Shown piece after piece: positions 41,034 to 52,934 of a stretch of DNA of 64,000 nucleotides; the first letter of the stretch is position 1, and each line of letters begins with the position of its first letter. The DNA comes from an uncultured Chloroflexia bacterium. Its GTDB lineage: Bacteria > Chloroflexota > Dehalococcoidia > DSTF01 > JALHUB01. The stretch is from the NCBI GenBank assembly GCA_963835655.1, contig CAWIGJ010000003.1, positions 689,016-753,015 on the forward strand. Reading direction: 5' to 3'. The position numbers were made by a program, and so were the translations under genes. A model generated the notes under the pieces. It saw nothing but the letters and a program-made list of their open reading frames with translations, ran no database searches and had not been told where the DNA came from.

Positions 41034-41979
41034 TTATCTGACCCTGATTCTGGGATCAAACCACCCGTATGCGATGTCGACAAATAGCGTCGACATCTCG
41101 ACACAGATTCCAATTACCAGGACAGTCCCTTGAATCACCGGATAGTCATGGGCTAGCAGCGATTCAACGAGCAGTCTGCCCATCCCTGGGATTCCAAAAA
41201 CGTACTCCACAATGACCGTTCCGGCCAGGAGATTTCCCACCGCTAGTCCCGCGATAGTGAACACCGGGATCATCGCATTCTTCAAAGCGTGTCTCGTAAT
41301 TACTATTCGCTCCGTGAGGCCCTTCGCCTTCGCTGTGCGGACGTAGTCCTGCCCGAGCACTTCTAACAAAGCGGACCGTGTCTGACGCATCAGCACTGCC
41401 CCGCCACCCACGACCTGCGACGAACCACGGCATGATTGAAAGCTGAAAGCTCCTCCAGAGGTCAGTCCTTGGGCTGACGAAGCCGCTTGTTGGTAGCCAT
41501 CCTAGGTGGACTGAGAAGACGACAATGAGAATGAGCGCCAGCCAGAAACTGGGCATGGCGATGCCCGCGACAGCAAAGATCGAGAGGAAATAGTCTGGCC
41601 AGCGATTACGCGCCAAAGCGGCGATTATCCCCGCCGGAAGCCCGATAATCACCGAGACCGCCAGCGCACCCAGCGCGATCTGTAGCGTCACGGGTATACG
41701 CCATTTCAGTGTGCCGGTTACCGACTGACGAGTGATGATCGATTCACCGAGGTCACCCCGGACGACTTTGCCAAGCCATGTCCCGTACTGTTCGGGCACA
41801 GATTGGTTGAAACCGAGACGCTCCCGCATGTCCTCCATCGTCTGACGGTCGGCGTACGGACCCAGGATCTGCAGAATCGGATCGCCGGGCGTGAGCCGCA
41901 ACAGGGAGAAAACGACCAGGGTGAGCAGGAGAATCACGACGACAGCCTGCATCAGCCTGCCGATTATGAAGCTGGTCAT
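41034..41979 (-). pseudogene. ABC peptide-type permease (DppB/OppB-like), split by a frameshift near 41415
   Basis: ORF 41164..41979 gives the N-terminus through GWLPTSG and then junk. ORF 41034..41411 gives the C-terminus (LMRQTRSALLEVLGQDYVRTAKAKGL...). Confidence 0.75.
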
Positions 41980-42010
41980 TATGATTCCTTAAAGCCGGTG
42001 GGGTACCTCC

Positions 42011-43641
42011 CTAACTAACCCAGAGCTCCCGCCATTGCCACTGCATGCGCGGTTGGCCTTTGATTGCCAGGTCACGGGTATAGCCCTGGACGCGCTTTGA
42101 CATCACTACCTTCTGCGGTATGCCCACAATAAAGACTGCCATCGTCTTGTCCATAATGAGGCTCTGGAGCTGCCAGTACGTCTTCCTTCGTTCGTTCGGG
42201 TCCATCTGGAGCTTGGCCGCATTGATGAATCCGTCGATTTGCGGATCGGTGAGCGTGCCCGCGTTGAAGACACCCTTGCTGTAGTACACATTCCTCAGTT
42301 CGTAGTCATCACCGTCGCCGAACGTGCCCCCCATGCAGAGCTCATAGTCCCCGGTTGCCAGCCGGACGCCGGCCTGGCCCAACGCTACGTACTCGACCTT
42401 GGCGTTGATTCCCACCTTCGCCCACTGCGCTTGCAGTATCTCAGCATCGGTCTGGTCATTCTGTGCCGTAGTCGTATATAGCGGATCGATTTGCAGGCCG
42501 TCGCCATAACCCGCGGCAGACAAAAGCTGTTTTGCCTGGTTCGGGTCATATACAGGGTCCGGCTCGTCAGGGTTTGCGAAAGCTCCGCCCTTAATCAAAG
42601 GTCCAGGGGTAGCAAAGCCCTCGCCGGCGTAGCGGTCTATGAACGGCTGCCGGTCGATGGCTAGGGACAGTGCCTTGCGGACTCGCTCATCAGTGTAAGC
42701 GCCTTTGTTGTTATTGATGTAGATCTTCTTCGCGTTCACGCCCGTGGTGGCAACGTTGAAGGCGGGGTCCTTCTCGAACTGGGCATCATCCAGGATATCG
42801 AGGTACCCTACCACGTCGACCTCTCCCGACTTCAGCGCTGCGGCCGCCACGGCGTTGTCCGGAATGACCTTGACACTGTAGCCGTCCAGATAGGGCTCTC
42901 CCGAACGCCAGTAATTGGGATTCTTAACCAGTTCGTAAGACGCGCCCGGCTGCTGGCTCTTAAACATGAACGGCCCTGTACCGATCGGATTATTTGCCGA
43001 GGTCGGTCGCAGCGGGTGAAGGAATGCACGACGTCCAGTAAGTGAAGGCGAGCTCAATCGTTACCGCATCGGGGGTCTTCAGCACGTAGGTCGAAGTATA
43101 TGCATCGGGGCTCTCTACATGATCCAGGCTGTTCAACTCCGCTGCCCGCGGTGACTTCGTGGCCGGGTCAAGGACGCGTTTGTAGTAGGCTTGTATAGCG
43201 TCCGAGTTGAAATCCGTGCCGTCCTGGAACTTGACGCCCTGGCGCCATTTGAAGGTGATGTGGGTATCGTCGACCCACTCGTACGACTCGGCCAGATTCG
43301 GAATGTCTGTCAGATTGCCCGATGCGATCCGTCCCCGCCGTGGCAGGCCAGTCGTAGATGTTGTAGTCCACTATCTTGTCTGCCGCGAGCGACCAAAAGG
43401 CCGGATCGAGAGAAGTCACACCTGCATTGGTGGCGATAGTTATCTTGCCGCCCGGCACGGGTGTGCCGCCTGCCGTGCCGGTGCCCTGGGCCGCCTGTTT
43501 AGTGCCGCCACCGCACCCTGTTGCCAGAAGGAACGTCCCTGCTGAACCCATGGCACCTAGTTGAATGAGCCGGCGCCTTGTAATCCGCGTTTCAAATAGC
43601 CGGCGCCGCTGTCTGTTCACCCAGTAATTGCTGTCTTCCAT
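42011..43641 (-). pseudogene. ABC transporter substrate-binding protein, family 5 (DppA/OppA-like), at least two frameshifts (near 43370 and near 43040)
   Basis: N-terminal Tat/lipoprotein signal (RRRLIQLGAMGSAGTFLLATGCGG) in ORF 43168..43641. The middle part (ITFKWRQGVKFQDGTDFNSDAIQAYYKRVLDP...) is only in a third frame. The C-terminal 348 aa is in ORF 42011..43057. Total span of about 543 codons fits an intact SBP. Confidence 0.75.
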
Positions 43642-43702
43642 GTTCGGGCCTCCCTTGAGTGAATACCTCTACGAATACGGCTTTCGAGAACGCCACCCGG
43701 CG

Positions 43703-44345
43703 TCACACAGTTTCCTCCGCTGGTCGGAGAGCAGGAGACGACACCGCCTTCGTGATGCGCTCCATCAGCGCACCCCATTCATCCGGCGGTGGTAGCTCCA
43801 GACCAGCCGCTTCGGCAAACGCTTCACCCGCGGCTGGAAATAGATACAGCCAGGCGAGGCTTGGCGCGTGGATGCCGTCATCGACAAGGCCGCCTTGCTG
43901 TGCCGCCCGTATCTGGGAAGTCATGAATCGCACCATCCCCATCATCAGGTCGGCCACCACTTCGCGGACCGCCGGATCGCGCCGGGCCGAAGCGAAGGTC
44001 TCCAGAAGGAGGGCGCGCGTCTCGGCCCTGTCCGGCGTCATGCGGTCGCGTGTGAGGGACAAGAACGGCCTGATTGATGTCCGGTGCGGCCTTCACGTAC
44101 GCTCTAACCTGGTCGCTCTGCAATTTCAGACGCCTGCGCATCACCTCGAGGAGCATGTCCGCCTTGCCTGTAAAGTTGGAGTAGATGGCGCCAACGGTGA
44201 CGCCGGCGCGGCGGGCAATGTCAGCGACGGTCGCGCGTTCGTAGCCGGATTCCATGAAGACTATTGCTGCCGCGTCGAGCAAACGCTCCTTGGTAGCAGC
44301 TGCCCGCTTCTGGGTGCGTCTCACGGGCGAAACATGTTCGGTCAT
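43703..44345 (-). pseudogene. TetR-family transcriptional regulator, split by a frameshift near 44070
   Basis: HTH N-terminus (KERLLDAAAIVFMESGYERATVADIARRAGVTVGAIYSNF) in ORF 43878..44402. The ligand-domain C-terminus is in ORF 43703..44062, in a different frame. Confidence 0.7.
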
Positions 44346-45670
44346 CGATCCTCCCTGATGCGCGCCGGGCACTCTACAGCCGGTTGACATCGCGAATTGC
44401 ATCCGCCGAAATCACGGACTGCCTCGAACATTGCGACAACGTTTTCCGCGGGGACGCCATGCTGAATATTGTGAATGGCGGCGAAGACGTAGCCGCCTCG
44501 CGGTGCGAAGACTTCGAGACGACGCTTCACATCGTTGCGAACATCTTCTGGGGTGCCAAAGGGCAGCACCTGCTGCGTATCGACGCCTCCGCCCCAGAAA
44601 GTCAGCCTATCGCCGTACTTCTCTTTCAGCATCACCATATCCATACCGTCTGCAGACGTTTGCACCGGATTAAGGATGTCGATGCCCATGTCAATGAAAT
44701 CATCGATGAAGGCGGCGACGCTTCCGCAAGAGTGAAGGAAGGTCTTCCAGTTCGTATTGGCGTGGACCCAATCGTTCATTCTCTTGAAATACGGCTTGTA
44801 GAGTTCACGGAATGTCTTGAGGGACATGACTGGGCCGTGCTGCGTTCCGAAATCCGTGCCCCCAATCCCCATAACGTCGATCTTGCTGCCGACCGCCTGC
44901 CGGTATAGTTCGAGATTCTGCAGGGCGATTTCGGATTGAATATCATTGACGCTCTTGATGAACTCGGGAGCGGCGGCGTGTGCCAGGAACCAGTCGGTCG
45001 GATCGCAGATTCCTTGCGGATTCTTGGCGCCGACAGCCGGCACAGAAGCCAGGTCGCCAAGCCCGCCTCCTTGAACAGCTCCGCCTAGGCAGTAGTCGGT
45101 TTCAGCGTAAAGGCGGTCGACCTCGCCTCGGACATATTCCAGATAGACGTCCGGATATACCCTGAACCTGCTGCGCACCCACACTTCCGGGTCCAGATTG
45201 TCCCAGTCAAGCGGCGTTTGACGAACAACTGCGTCGAAGTAGAAGCCGTTTTTCGGCATTCGCCCACTCGGCGGCATGTCTCTGTCGCCCTGCGGGTGGA
45301 TAAAGATGTCGCCGTTTTCGCCCTCGCTTGTGACGAAGCGCTCAGAAACGAGGACGTCGACTCCCTGAAAACGCCACGGCTGCCAGTTGACGTTTGGGAA
45401 GCCGAACGAAGTCATCAGCTTTTCGACGCCCATCACGTCGACGCCGATTACCTCGGCGAGGTCAGCTTCGACGTCGCCGAGCATCTGGAAGGGCTCCCAA
45501 ACCATCACGGGCCTGTGCTCCAACCCCAGCGCGTCGCGGAAGTGGGCAAGCGTGGAGGCGGAGATGCCGGTCACACCGGAGCTGCCCAGGTCCACGGGAA
45601 CGCGATCAGCCGTCCTGTGGTTCAGCGCCGCTCGAACTCGTTCGCGCGAGTTCATTGACTTAGTCCCCAC
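44342..45670 (-). CDS. URO-D family protein, MtaA/CmuA-like; paralog 2
   Basis: 442 aa; MNSRERVRAALNHRTADRVPVDLG; FLHSCGSVAAFIDDFIDMGIDILNPVQ. Confidence 0.75.
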   Translation of the reverse strand: MGTKSMNSRERVRAALNHRTADRVPVDLGSSGVTGISASTLAHFRDALGLEHRPVMVWEPFQMLGDVEADLAEVIGVDVMGVEKLMTSFGFPNVNWQPWRFQGVDVLVSERFVTSEGENGDIFIHPQGDRDMPPSGRMPKNGFYFDAVVRQTPLDWDNLDPEVWVRSRFRVYPDVYLEYVRGEVDRLYAETDYCLGGAVQGGGLGDLASVPAVGAKNPQGICDPTDWFLAHAAAPEFIKSVNDIQSEIALQNLELYRQAVGSKIDVMGIGGTDFGTQHGPVMSLKTFRELYKPYFKRMNDWVHANTNWKTFLHSCGSVAAFIDDFIDMGIDILNPVQTSADGMDMVMLKEKYGDRLTFWGGGVDTQQVLPFGTPEDVRNDVKRRLEVFAPRGGYVFAAIHNIQHGVPAENVVAMFEAVRDFGGCNSRCQPAVECPARIREDR

Positions 45671-45816
45671 GTCGTTCTCGCTCGACAGTAGACGCTATCC
45701 CTGGCAGCGATCAATAATGACCGCAATTATTTAGGAGACAGTACTCCCTGCGCGTTCTTCGCGCAAGTCTTCAGCTCAACCAGCAATGGCCGGAATCGCG
45801 CGAAATGAGGTGAATC

Positions 45817-47001
45817 ATGGATCTACGAGACACCCCTGAAGAGGCCGCCTGGCGCCAAAAAGTCCGCACATTCCTGGAACGAGAGTTGCCGGAACGGCTC
45901 AGGCAAAATGACGACTTTGAGCTGGGCTTGAAGGAGACTCGCTGGGACGACCCCGATGTCTTGGTGTGGCGGACCAAGTTGGTCAAGCAGGGATGGATTG
46001 CGCCATCGTGGCCGGTCGAATATGGCGGAGCTGGCCTCTCGCTGATGCAGCAGTTCATCATGCAGGAGGAGTTCGCCGAGGCCAACGCTCCTTCTGTGGG
46101 CGGGGGTGGAATATCGATGGTTGGACCGACGCTGATGGTCCACGGCACCGAGGAGCAAAAGAAGGAGTTTCTCCCCAAGATACTCTCGGGCGAGGCCTCG
46201 TTCTGTCAGGGGTTCAGCGAACCTGAGGCCGGGTCGGACCTCGCAGCCCTCCGGACTCGCGCCGCCCGCGATGGTGACGACTTTCTGATCAATGGGCAGA
46301 AGATCTGGACAAGCGGCGCTCACCACGCCAATTGGATTTTCGTGCTTGCCCGGACGAACCCGGATGTGCCGAAGCACAAAGGCATAAGCTACTTTCTGGT
46401 GCCGATGGGCACTCCTGGGATCGAAGTAAGGCCCCTGCCTGACATCACCGGCGACGTACTGTTCAATGAAGTCTTCTTCGAGGATGTCCGTGTACCGGCG
46501 ACCAATATCGTCGGGGAAGAGAACAGGGGCTGGTACATCGCCGCAACAACCCTGGACTTCGAACGGGCCTCGGCGATTGGCGCGATAGTCCAGCTTCGTC
46601 GAGGCGCTGAGCGGCTAATCAAGATCGCAAAGAAACGTGGCAAGGAGAACGGTTCTGAGATCAGCGCTGCCCTCAGGATGGAGCTGGCCGACAACTGGAT
46701 TGGCGTCTCGGTGGCGCGAATGATGGCCTATAACATTGTGTCCATGCTTGGCCGCGGGCTTATCCCCAACTACCAGGCATCCATGTTGAAGACCTTTGCT
46801 TCTGAACTTGCGCAAAGAATAGCAAATACTAGCATCAGGCTCCTCGGACTGTATGGAGGCCTTTATGGGAACGAAGCGCCGAACCAGGGAATGTTCTCGC
46901 GTGCCTATCTGGCCTCGCTCGGGATCACCATTGCGGCCGGCACGTCGGAGATTCAAAGGAACATCATCGCCACCAGAGGGCTCGGCCTTCCGCGAGAGTG
47001 A
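45817..47001 (+). CDS. Acyl-CoA dehydrogenase family protein
   Basis: 394 aa; ACAD domains (GFSEPEAGSDLAALRTRA..., catalytic C-terminal domain). Confidence 0.8.
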   Translation: MDLRDTPEEAAWRQKVRTFLERELPERLRQNDDFELGLKETRWDDPDVLVWRTKLVKQGWIAPSWPVEYGGAGLSLMQQFIMQEEFAEANAPSVGGGGISMVGPTLMVHGTEEQKKEFLPKILSGEASFCQGFSEPEAGSDLAALRTRAARDGDDFLINGQKIWTSGAHHANWIFVLARTNPDVPKHKGISYFLVPMGTPGIEVRPLPDITGDVLFNEVFFEDVRVPATNIVGEENRGWYIAATTLDFERASAIGAIVQLRRGAERLIKIAKKRGKENGSEISAALRMELADNWIGVSVARMMAYNIVSMLGRGLIPNYQASMLKTFASELAQRIANTSIRLLGLYGGLYGNEAPNQGMFSRAYLASLGITIAAGTSEIQRNIIATRGLGLPRE

Positions 47002-47138
47002 GACCAATGCGGCTTTCGACGCCTCTGTCGAGATGGCGCTCCGCGAGGTGGAAATACTGAGAGGTTCGAGTGCGGGCCGTCAAACGCGATACCAGCTAGC
47101 GTCGATTTGCTTCAGCACTTCCCCACAAGGAGAAGTCA

Positions 47139-48521
47139 ATGTCAGATTACAGGGATCTACGCTTTCCGAACGGCTATCTCTGGGGAGCCGCCACCTCAGC
47201 TTATCAGGTGGAAGGCAACTGCAAGAACTGCGACTGGTGGAATTGGGAGTACGAATATCCGGGGTTCATCATCGACGGAACAAAGTCTGGGCTTGCCGCA
47301 GACCACTACAACCGATTCGAAGAGGACTTCGAGCTTGCCTCGAAGCTGGGGCACAATGCCTATCGGTTCTCCATCGAGTGGAGCCGGATCGAGCCGGAAG
47401 AGGGGCGCTGGGACTATACCGAGGTGGACCACTACCGGCGCGTCCTGGAGTCGCTGCACAAGTATGGGATGACGCCTCTCGTGACGCTGTTCCACTGGAC
47501 CAATCCCATGTGGATTGCCAGAAAGGGCGGCTGGCTCAATCCTGAAATTGTGGACTATGTGACGCGCTACGCGGCCTTCATATCACGCGAACTCGGCGAC
47601 CTCGTTCCGATATGGTTCACCCTCAACGAACCGATGGTTCTTTCAGTCCTGATGTACGGCCTGGGAACGATCCCTCCCTTCAAGAGCGGCGTGGAGACTG
47701 CCCGACCTGCCGCCCATCACGCGCTGAAGGCTCACGCCCGCATGTATCAGGCAGTGCACGAGGCCTCGAGTCATAATCCACTTGTAGGGATGGTGCAGAA
47801 CCTGGAATGCATCGAGCCGGCGAACGAAGAGTCGGCAGAAGACAGGGAATTGGCCCGGCAGCTCGACCTCGCTTCGAACGAATTCATCCTCGCCGCCGTG
47901 GATACCGGCATGATGGGCCCACCCTGGGGCGACGGAGAGGAAGTTCCGGGATTGAAGGGATCCTGGGACGTGATCGGCGTGAACTACTACTCCCGAAAGA
48001 AGGTCCACGCGGAGAGAAGGCAAACGCGAAGTGAGAATGAAGTTCGCCCTTCTGAAAGCCAGTTGCTCACAGGTTCTGATGAACTCAGCCGGCGACGGCG
48101 AGAAATGCAGGCCGCTGCTGCTAAGATAAACAGCCCTTACCTGTCGCCATGGACGGAAGACGGCTATTATCCGGAGGGTTTGTACAAGGAGGTCATGCGC
48201 GTCAGCAAGTATGGCCGTCCAATCTACATCACTGAGAACGGCATTAGCACGCTCGACGATTCCGAGAGAAACCGACACCTGATACTCCATCTCCAGCAAG
48301 CTCACCGTGCCGTTGAGGATGGCGCTGACCTGCGCGGCTACTGCTACTGGAGCTTGCTCGAGACGTGGGAATGGTCACTTGGGCGCCTGGGCCACATGGG
48401 AATGTGGGCGCTGGAGCCGGAGACGCTGAATCGCGTGCCGCGGCCCGTCGCCTATCTCTACCGCGATATCGCCAAGAGCAACACGATAAGTGCCAGTCAA
48501 CTCAAAGAGTATCTGGGCTGA
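47139..48521 (+). CDS. GH1 beta-glucosidase (second paralog)
   Basis: 460 aa; FPNGYLWGAATSAYQVEG, ITENG. Confidence 0.9.
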   Translation: MSDYRDLRFPNGYLWGAATSAYQVEGNCKNCDWWNWEYEYPGFIIDGTKSGLAADHYNRFEEDFELASKLGHNAYRFSIEWSRIEPEEGRWDYTEVDHYRRVLESLHKYGMTPLVTLFHWTNPMWIARKGGWLNPEIVDYVTRYAAFISRELGDLVPIWFTLNEPMVLSVLMYGLGTIPPFKSGVETARPAAHHALKAHARMYQAVHEASSHNPLVGMVQNLECIEPANEESAEDRELARQLDLASNEFILAAVDTGMMGPPWGDGEEVPGLKGSWDVIGVNYYSRKKVHAERRQTRSENEVRPSESQLLTGSDELSRRRREMQAAAAKINSPYLSPWTEDGYYPEGLYKEVMRVSKYGRPIYITENGISTLDDSERNRHLILHLQQAHRAVEDGADLRGYCYWSLLETWEWSLGRLGHMGMWALEPETLNRVPRPVAYLYRDIAKSNTISASQLKEYLG

Positions 48522-48594
48522 TGTGCTCAGGTTGGAATCGGATGGGGCGCAGCGGCAGTCTTGTCTTCGATATCATTTCGAACGCGGGCGAGCG

Positions 48595-49557
48595 ATGAGC
48601 GAGTTGCGCTGGGATCGACTGCGGGGCGAGTGGATTGCCACTGCTACTCATCGGATGGACCGCCCTCAAATGCCCAGCAATTGGTGTCCGTTCTGTCCGG
48701 GCTCCGGTCATGTGCCGGACAACTACGATGTCTACCTCTATCCCAACGACTTTCCGTCGTTTCGCACGCCGCCGGCAGACATAAGCATTGCGCCAGGCAG
48801 ATTCTGGCGTGCGCGGCGAAGCTGGGGATTCTGCGATGTCATCCTCTACCATCCAGATCATGACCGCGACTTCACCGACATAGAGCTCGACCACCTGAGC
48901 AAGGTCGCCGGCCTTTGGCGCGATCGCTATCTGGAACTCTTTGAGAACAAGCGCGTGAAGTACGTTCTTATCTTCGAGAATCACGGCGAGGAGATGGGTG
49001 TCACGATCCCTCACCCGCATAGCCAGGTCTACGCCTACCCGCTCGTCCCGCCGGTACCAGCCGCGGAGATGCGGCAAGCGCGGTTGTGCAAGAGCAGGAC
49101 AGGCCGCTGCCTGCACTGTCATCTGCTTGACGAGGAGGTAAGTGACGGTCGGCGCATTCTCTTCGACGATAGTGAATGGCTGGCCTTTGTGCCGTTCGCT
49201 GCCCGCTGGCCATACGAGGTCCACCTCTATCCGAAACGCTGCGTCGGTCATCTTGGCGACCTGTCGCCGCCGGAACTCCGCTCGATGATGGCATCCGTCA
49301 AGCGCGTGCTCCTCACTTATCAGAACTACTACGAGCGACGCTTCCCATATATGATGTTGTTCCACCAGGCGCCGGTGAACGGCCACGCCGGCGATGGCAC
49401 GCATTTACACATCGAGTTCTGCCCGACACGGCGCAGTCGCGACAAGTTGAAGTATCGCGCGGGCTGCGAAACGGGCGCTGGTCTCTTCATTAACGACAGC
49501 TATCCGGAAGAGAAAGCAGCCGAACTCCGCGCCTTGCTCGCGGAGCCTCAGAAATGA
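48595..49557 (+). CDS. galT: Galactose-1-phosphate uridylyltransferase
   Basis: Starts MSELRWDRLRGEW at ATG 48595; CPFCPG zinc motif and HPHSQVYAYP (HxHxQ) active site. Confidence 0.85.
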   Translation: MSELRWDRLRGEWIATATHRMDRPQMPSNWCPFCPGSGHVPDNYDVYLYPNDFPSFRTPPADISIAPGRFWRARRSWGFCDVILYHPDHDRDFTDIELDHLSKVAGLWRDRYLELFENKRVKYVLIFENHGEEMGVTIPHPHSQVYAYPLVPPVPAAEMRQARLCKSRTGRCLHCHLLDEEVSDGRRILFDDSEWLAFVPFAARWPYEVHLYPKRCVGHLGDLSPPELRSMMASVKRVLLTYQNYYERRFPYMMLFHQAPVNGHAGDGTHLHIEFCPTRRSRDKLKYRAGCETGAGLFINDSYPEEKAAELRALLAEPQK

Positions 49558-50696
49558 ACATGGACGTCAGTGAACGATTCGAACGGTACTTTGGCGAAAG
49601 ACCTCAGGCAATCGCCTTTGCGCCCGGTCGCGTAAATCTCATCGGCGAGCACACGGACTACAACGGTGGCTTCGTCCTACCCATCGCTGTCCAACTCGGC
49701 GTGTACTCCGCCGGCTCCTTGGCCAACAGCGATCTCGTCAAGGCGGCAAGCGCGCAGTTTCCGGACGACCCCGCGTCCTTTCTGATAGGCATCGAATCGG
49801 GAAAGCACCGCTGGCATCGATATCTCGCCGCAATCCTCACTGAGTTGTCCGATGCGGGAATGAAACCGGGGGGAACCCATCTCTTCTTTTCCAGCGACTT
49901 GCCCGTCGAGGCCGGCCTATCGAGTTCCGCCGCCTTCACTGTTTGCACCTCGACCCTTGTCGCGGGACTGCTCGGCCGGCAGTGGGATGATACAGTAGCC
50001 CTCGCAAAACTTTGCCAGCGCGCAGAGAATCGAATGGGCGTCATGTGTGGGCTCCTCGATCAGATGGCGAGCGCCGCCTGTATCGCTGGCCACGCGATGC
50101 TTCTAGATTGCCGCGACGCGAGCTACAAGATGATCCCGGTGTCGCCTGATGTTGCCATCGTCGTCGGCGACACCGGCATAAGGCGAGCCCTTGCCGATAG
50201 CCGCTATAACGAGCGCCGGTCGGAATGCGCGCGGGCCGCCGCGTTGTGTGATGTCGAATCGCTCCGCGACCTCACGTCCGCCGATCTTGCTGGGCGCCAG
50301 TCGGTCTTGCCTGAGATCCTCTATCGACGGGCGCGGCACGTCATAGGTGAGAACGAGCGCGTTCTCCGCTTCGCAGATGCCCTCCGCGTGGCCGACCTGG
50401 CGCTCGCCGGCAAGCTGCTCAGTGACAGCCATCGCAGCCTGCGAGACGATTACGAGGTCAGTTGTCCGGAACTGGACGCGATGGTCGATGCGTTGATGCG
50501 GGCGGGGGCGCTCGGTGCCCGGATGGTGGGCGCCGGCTTCGGAGGCAGCGCTATTGCTCTTGTGGAGGCGTCGAAGAGTAGAGACGTCCTCGCTGCCGCC
50601 CAGTTTCTATATGAGCGCGATGGTCGAACCGCCGGCGGTTTCTACGCCGTCCGAGCCGGCGATGGAGCCTGGGTGCACACATCAAACAACTCTTGA
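49554..50696 (+). CDS. galK: Galactokinase
   Basis: 380 aa; GRVNLIGEHTDYNGG (GHMP kinase N) and C-terminal GHMP motif (PVEAGLSSSAA). Confidence 0.88.
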   Translation: MNMDVSERFERYFGERPQAIAFAPGRVNLIGEHTDYNGGFVLPIAVQLGVYSAGSLANSDLVKAASAQFPDDPASFLIGIESGKHRWHRYLAAILTELSDAGMKPGGTHLFFSSDLPVEAGLSSSAAFTVCTSTLVAGLLGRQWDDTVALAKLCQRAENRMGVMCGLLDQMASAACIAGHAMLLDCRDASYKMIPVSPDVAIVVGDTGIRRALADSRYNERRSECARAAALCDVESLRDLTSADLAGRQSVLPEILYRRARHVIGENERVLRFADALRVADLALAGKLLSDSHRSLRDDYEVSCPELDAMVDALMRAGALGARMVGAGFGGSAIALVEASKSRDVLAAAQFLYERDGRTAGGFYAVRAGDGAWVHTSNNS

Positions 50697-50861
50697 TAGG
50701 AGGATGAGACGGCGGCCATTCAATTCCCGACGGACTTTGAGTGGGGAACAGCTACGGTCCTCAGCCAGGATCTGAGGCATGCAACTTGGCCCTGGACACG
50801 TCGTCTGCGTCGGGGCTTTTCAAATCGGCCGAAGTAGCATGACGCCCCTCGGTGATGCCGA

Positions 50862-51961
50862 ATGAATCGCGGACCGTCCAACAGAATCGTGCCCTTCGTT
50901 GAAGAAGACTGGGATCGCATACGTCGCGACTGGACGGCATGGTGGGAAGGCTATCTCGAGCGGCCGCTCGTGGTCATGCACGGCTTCCGTCCTTCGGAAA
51001 GGCCGTTGCCGCCGCTTCACCTCATTGGCGAGAACTACCCCATAGAGATGACGGCCGAAGAGATCGTCGATCGTGTCACTCCCCATCTGGCGTGCATACG
51101 CTATTTCGGGGACGCTTTCCCGCGCTGGTGGCCGAATTTTGGGCCAGGCATACTCGCTGGCTTTCTTGGCGCCGCGATCCATCCGACCGATTCGACGGTC
51201 TGGTTCTCGCCGCCACAAGAGACAGACCTGCCCGACCTCAAGATTGCCTATGACCTCGACAACGGCTGGTGGCGGAGAGTCAGTGACATTACCACTACGG
51301 CCGTGCATAGATGGGGCAGCGATGTGGTCGTGGGGCACACAAATCTAGGCGGTAACCTCGACGTTCTAGCTTCGCTGCGGACCAGTGAGCGTCTCCTCAT
51401 AGACCTATGCGATGCTCCAGACCGGGTGGAACGCCTAGTCGGGGAGATAACGACGGCTTGGACGGGCTACTACGACGAAACGCACAACATGGTCAAAGAA
51501 ACAGGTCGCGGCACAAGTTGCTGGGCGCCCATCTTCTCTCCCGGGCGTTGCTACATGCTCCAGTGCGATTTCGCAGCCATGATATCGCCGGTTATGTTCG
51601 AGCGCTTTGTCATGCCGGACCTAGAGGTCTGCTGTCGTGCCCTCGATCATGGCTTCTACCACTTGGACGGACCGGGCAAATCCGCCACCTCGATTTGCTC
51701 TTGGCGCTCGAAGTCCTGCATGGCATTCAATGGGTACCCGGCGATGGCGCTCCGCCACCGGAAGAATGGCTGCCGCTTCTCAAACGGATTCGCGATGCCG
51801 GCAAGCTCTGCCAGTTGTCTGTTTCTCCCGACGGGGCCATAAAGATCGCACGAGAATTGGGTGGGCGCGGATTCTTGTTTGAGGTAGCGGGCTTGTTTGA
51901 TGATCGCACCGCCGGCGATTTCCTGGCGGCGCTTCGGGCGATCGATACCTCTGACTGCTGA
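50862..51961 (+). pseudogene. URO-D-fold protein (paralog 3, divergent), split by a -1 frameshift near 51675
   Basis: ORF 50862..51842 is coherent until ...ALDHGFYHLDGPG, then low-complexity junk. The coding-like continuation QIRHLDLLLALEVLHGIQWVPGDGAPP...GFLFEVAGLFD is in the frame of ORF 51407..51961. It parallels HSCGAVEPLIPEFIDAGVDALNPVQ of paralog 1. Confidence 0.6.
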
Positions 51962-51987
51962 GAGCTTCGCATTTCCGGTCCATACGG

Positions 51988-52854
51988 TTAGACGAATAGC
52001 GGCCGCATCGATCGCCGCGCCGCCATCTCGCGCATCTCGTCCTCGCCGGGCACTCGCTCGAACCGCGAGGCGGCATCCAGCACCTTGGGCAGCAGCCGCG
52101 TATCGCCGGCGGTGTTCAGGAAGAGTCCAGGCTTGCCCAGCACCCAGTGCACCGCCCGGTCCACGTCCTGCTGATCCTCCAGCGGCTGGTACCAGGTCGT
52201 GTGCGTGCGCTGATGCTCCTCGGGCCACGGCCCCGCCGTCAATGACTTGATGGTCTGGATCGCCACATCCCGCTCACGGCACATGGCCAGGAGCGCCTCG
52301 AAGTCAGCGGCATATTGCGGGTTCTGCATAAGCGGATAATTGCAGGGCAGCAACACGGAATCGAAAGGGAACCGCTCCAGACTGCGGCGGTGTATGGCCG
52401 CGACGCTGGTGCCGTGGCCAGTGACGCCGATGAACCGCACCAGGCCCTGCTGTCGCGCCTCGACGGCCGCCTCTAGAGCGCCTCCCGGCCCCAGCGCCAT
52501 CTCCCATTGTGCCGGGTCCACCAGGTAGTGCAGTTGCAGCAGGTCTACGTGGTCCGTGCGCAGCCGCTCCAGCGAGCGGTGAAGCTCGTCACGAGCGCCT
52601 TCGTAGGTGCGCTCCAGGGTCTTGGTGGCCAGGAAGAAGTCGCCGCGGTGCCGCTCCATCCAGGGTCCCACCCGCAACTCCGAGTCGCCGTAGCTGGCGG
52701 CGGTGTCAATGTGGTTAACGCCGTACTCAAGCAGAACGTCCAGCGTGCGGTCGGCCTCCGCTTGCTCGACTGCCCACAGCGCGGCGGCGCCGAAGATCGT
52801 CCGTGTGCTCTCATGCCCTGTGCGCCCGAACCCTTGCTTTGGGATCATCGCCAA
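51988..52854 (-). CDS. Aldo/keto reductase
   Basis: 288 aa; AKR fold ([15 protein letters not shown]...). Confidence 0.85.
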   Translation of the reverse strand: MAMIPKQGFGRTGHESTRTIFGAAALWAVEQAEADRTLDVLLEYGVNHIDTAASYGDSELRVGPWMERHRGDFFLATKTLERTYEGARDELHRSLERLRTDHVDLLQLHYLVDPAQWEMALGPGGALEAAVEARQQGLVRFIGVTGHGTSVAAIHRRSLERFPFDSVLLPCNYPLMQNPQYAADFEALLAMCRERDVAIQTIKSLTAGPWPEEHQRTHTTWYQPLEDQQDVDRAVHWVLGKPGLFLNTAGDTRLLPKVLDAASRFERVPGEDEMREMAARRSMRPLFV

Positions 52855-52934
52855 GCTCTCTTTCTCAACTAGATGCTCTCAATTGCTCGGTCGTTTGCGG
52901 CTTGGCCTACTATAAGTTGGTCCTGCGACGTCCC

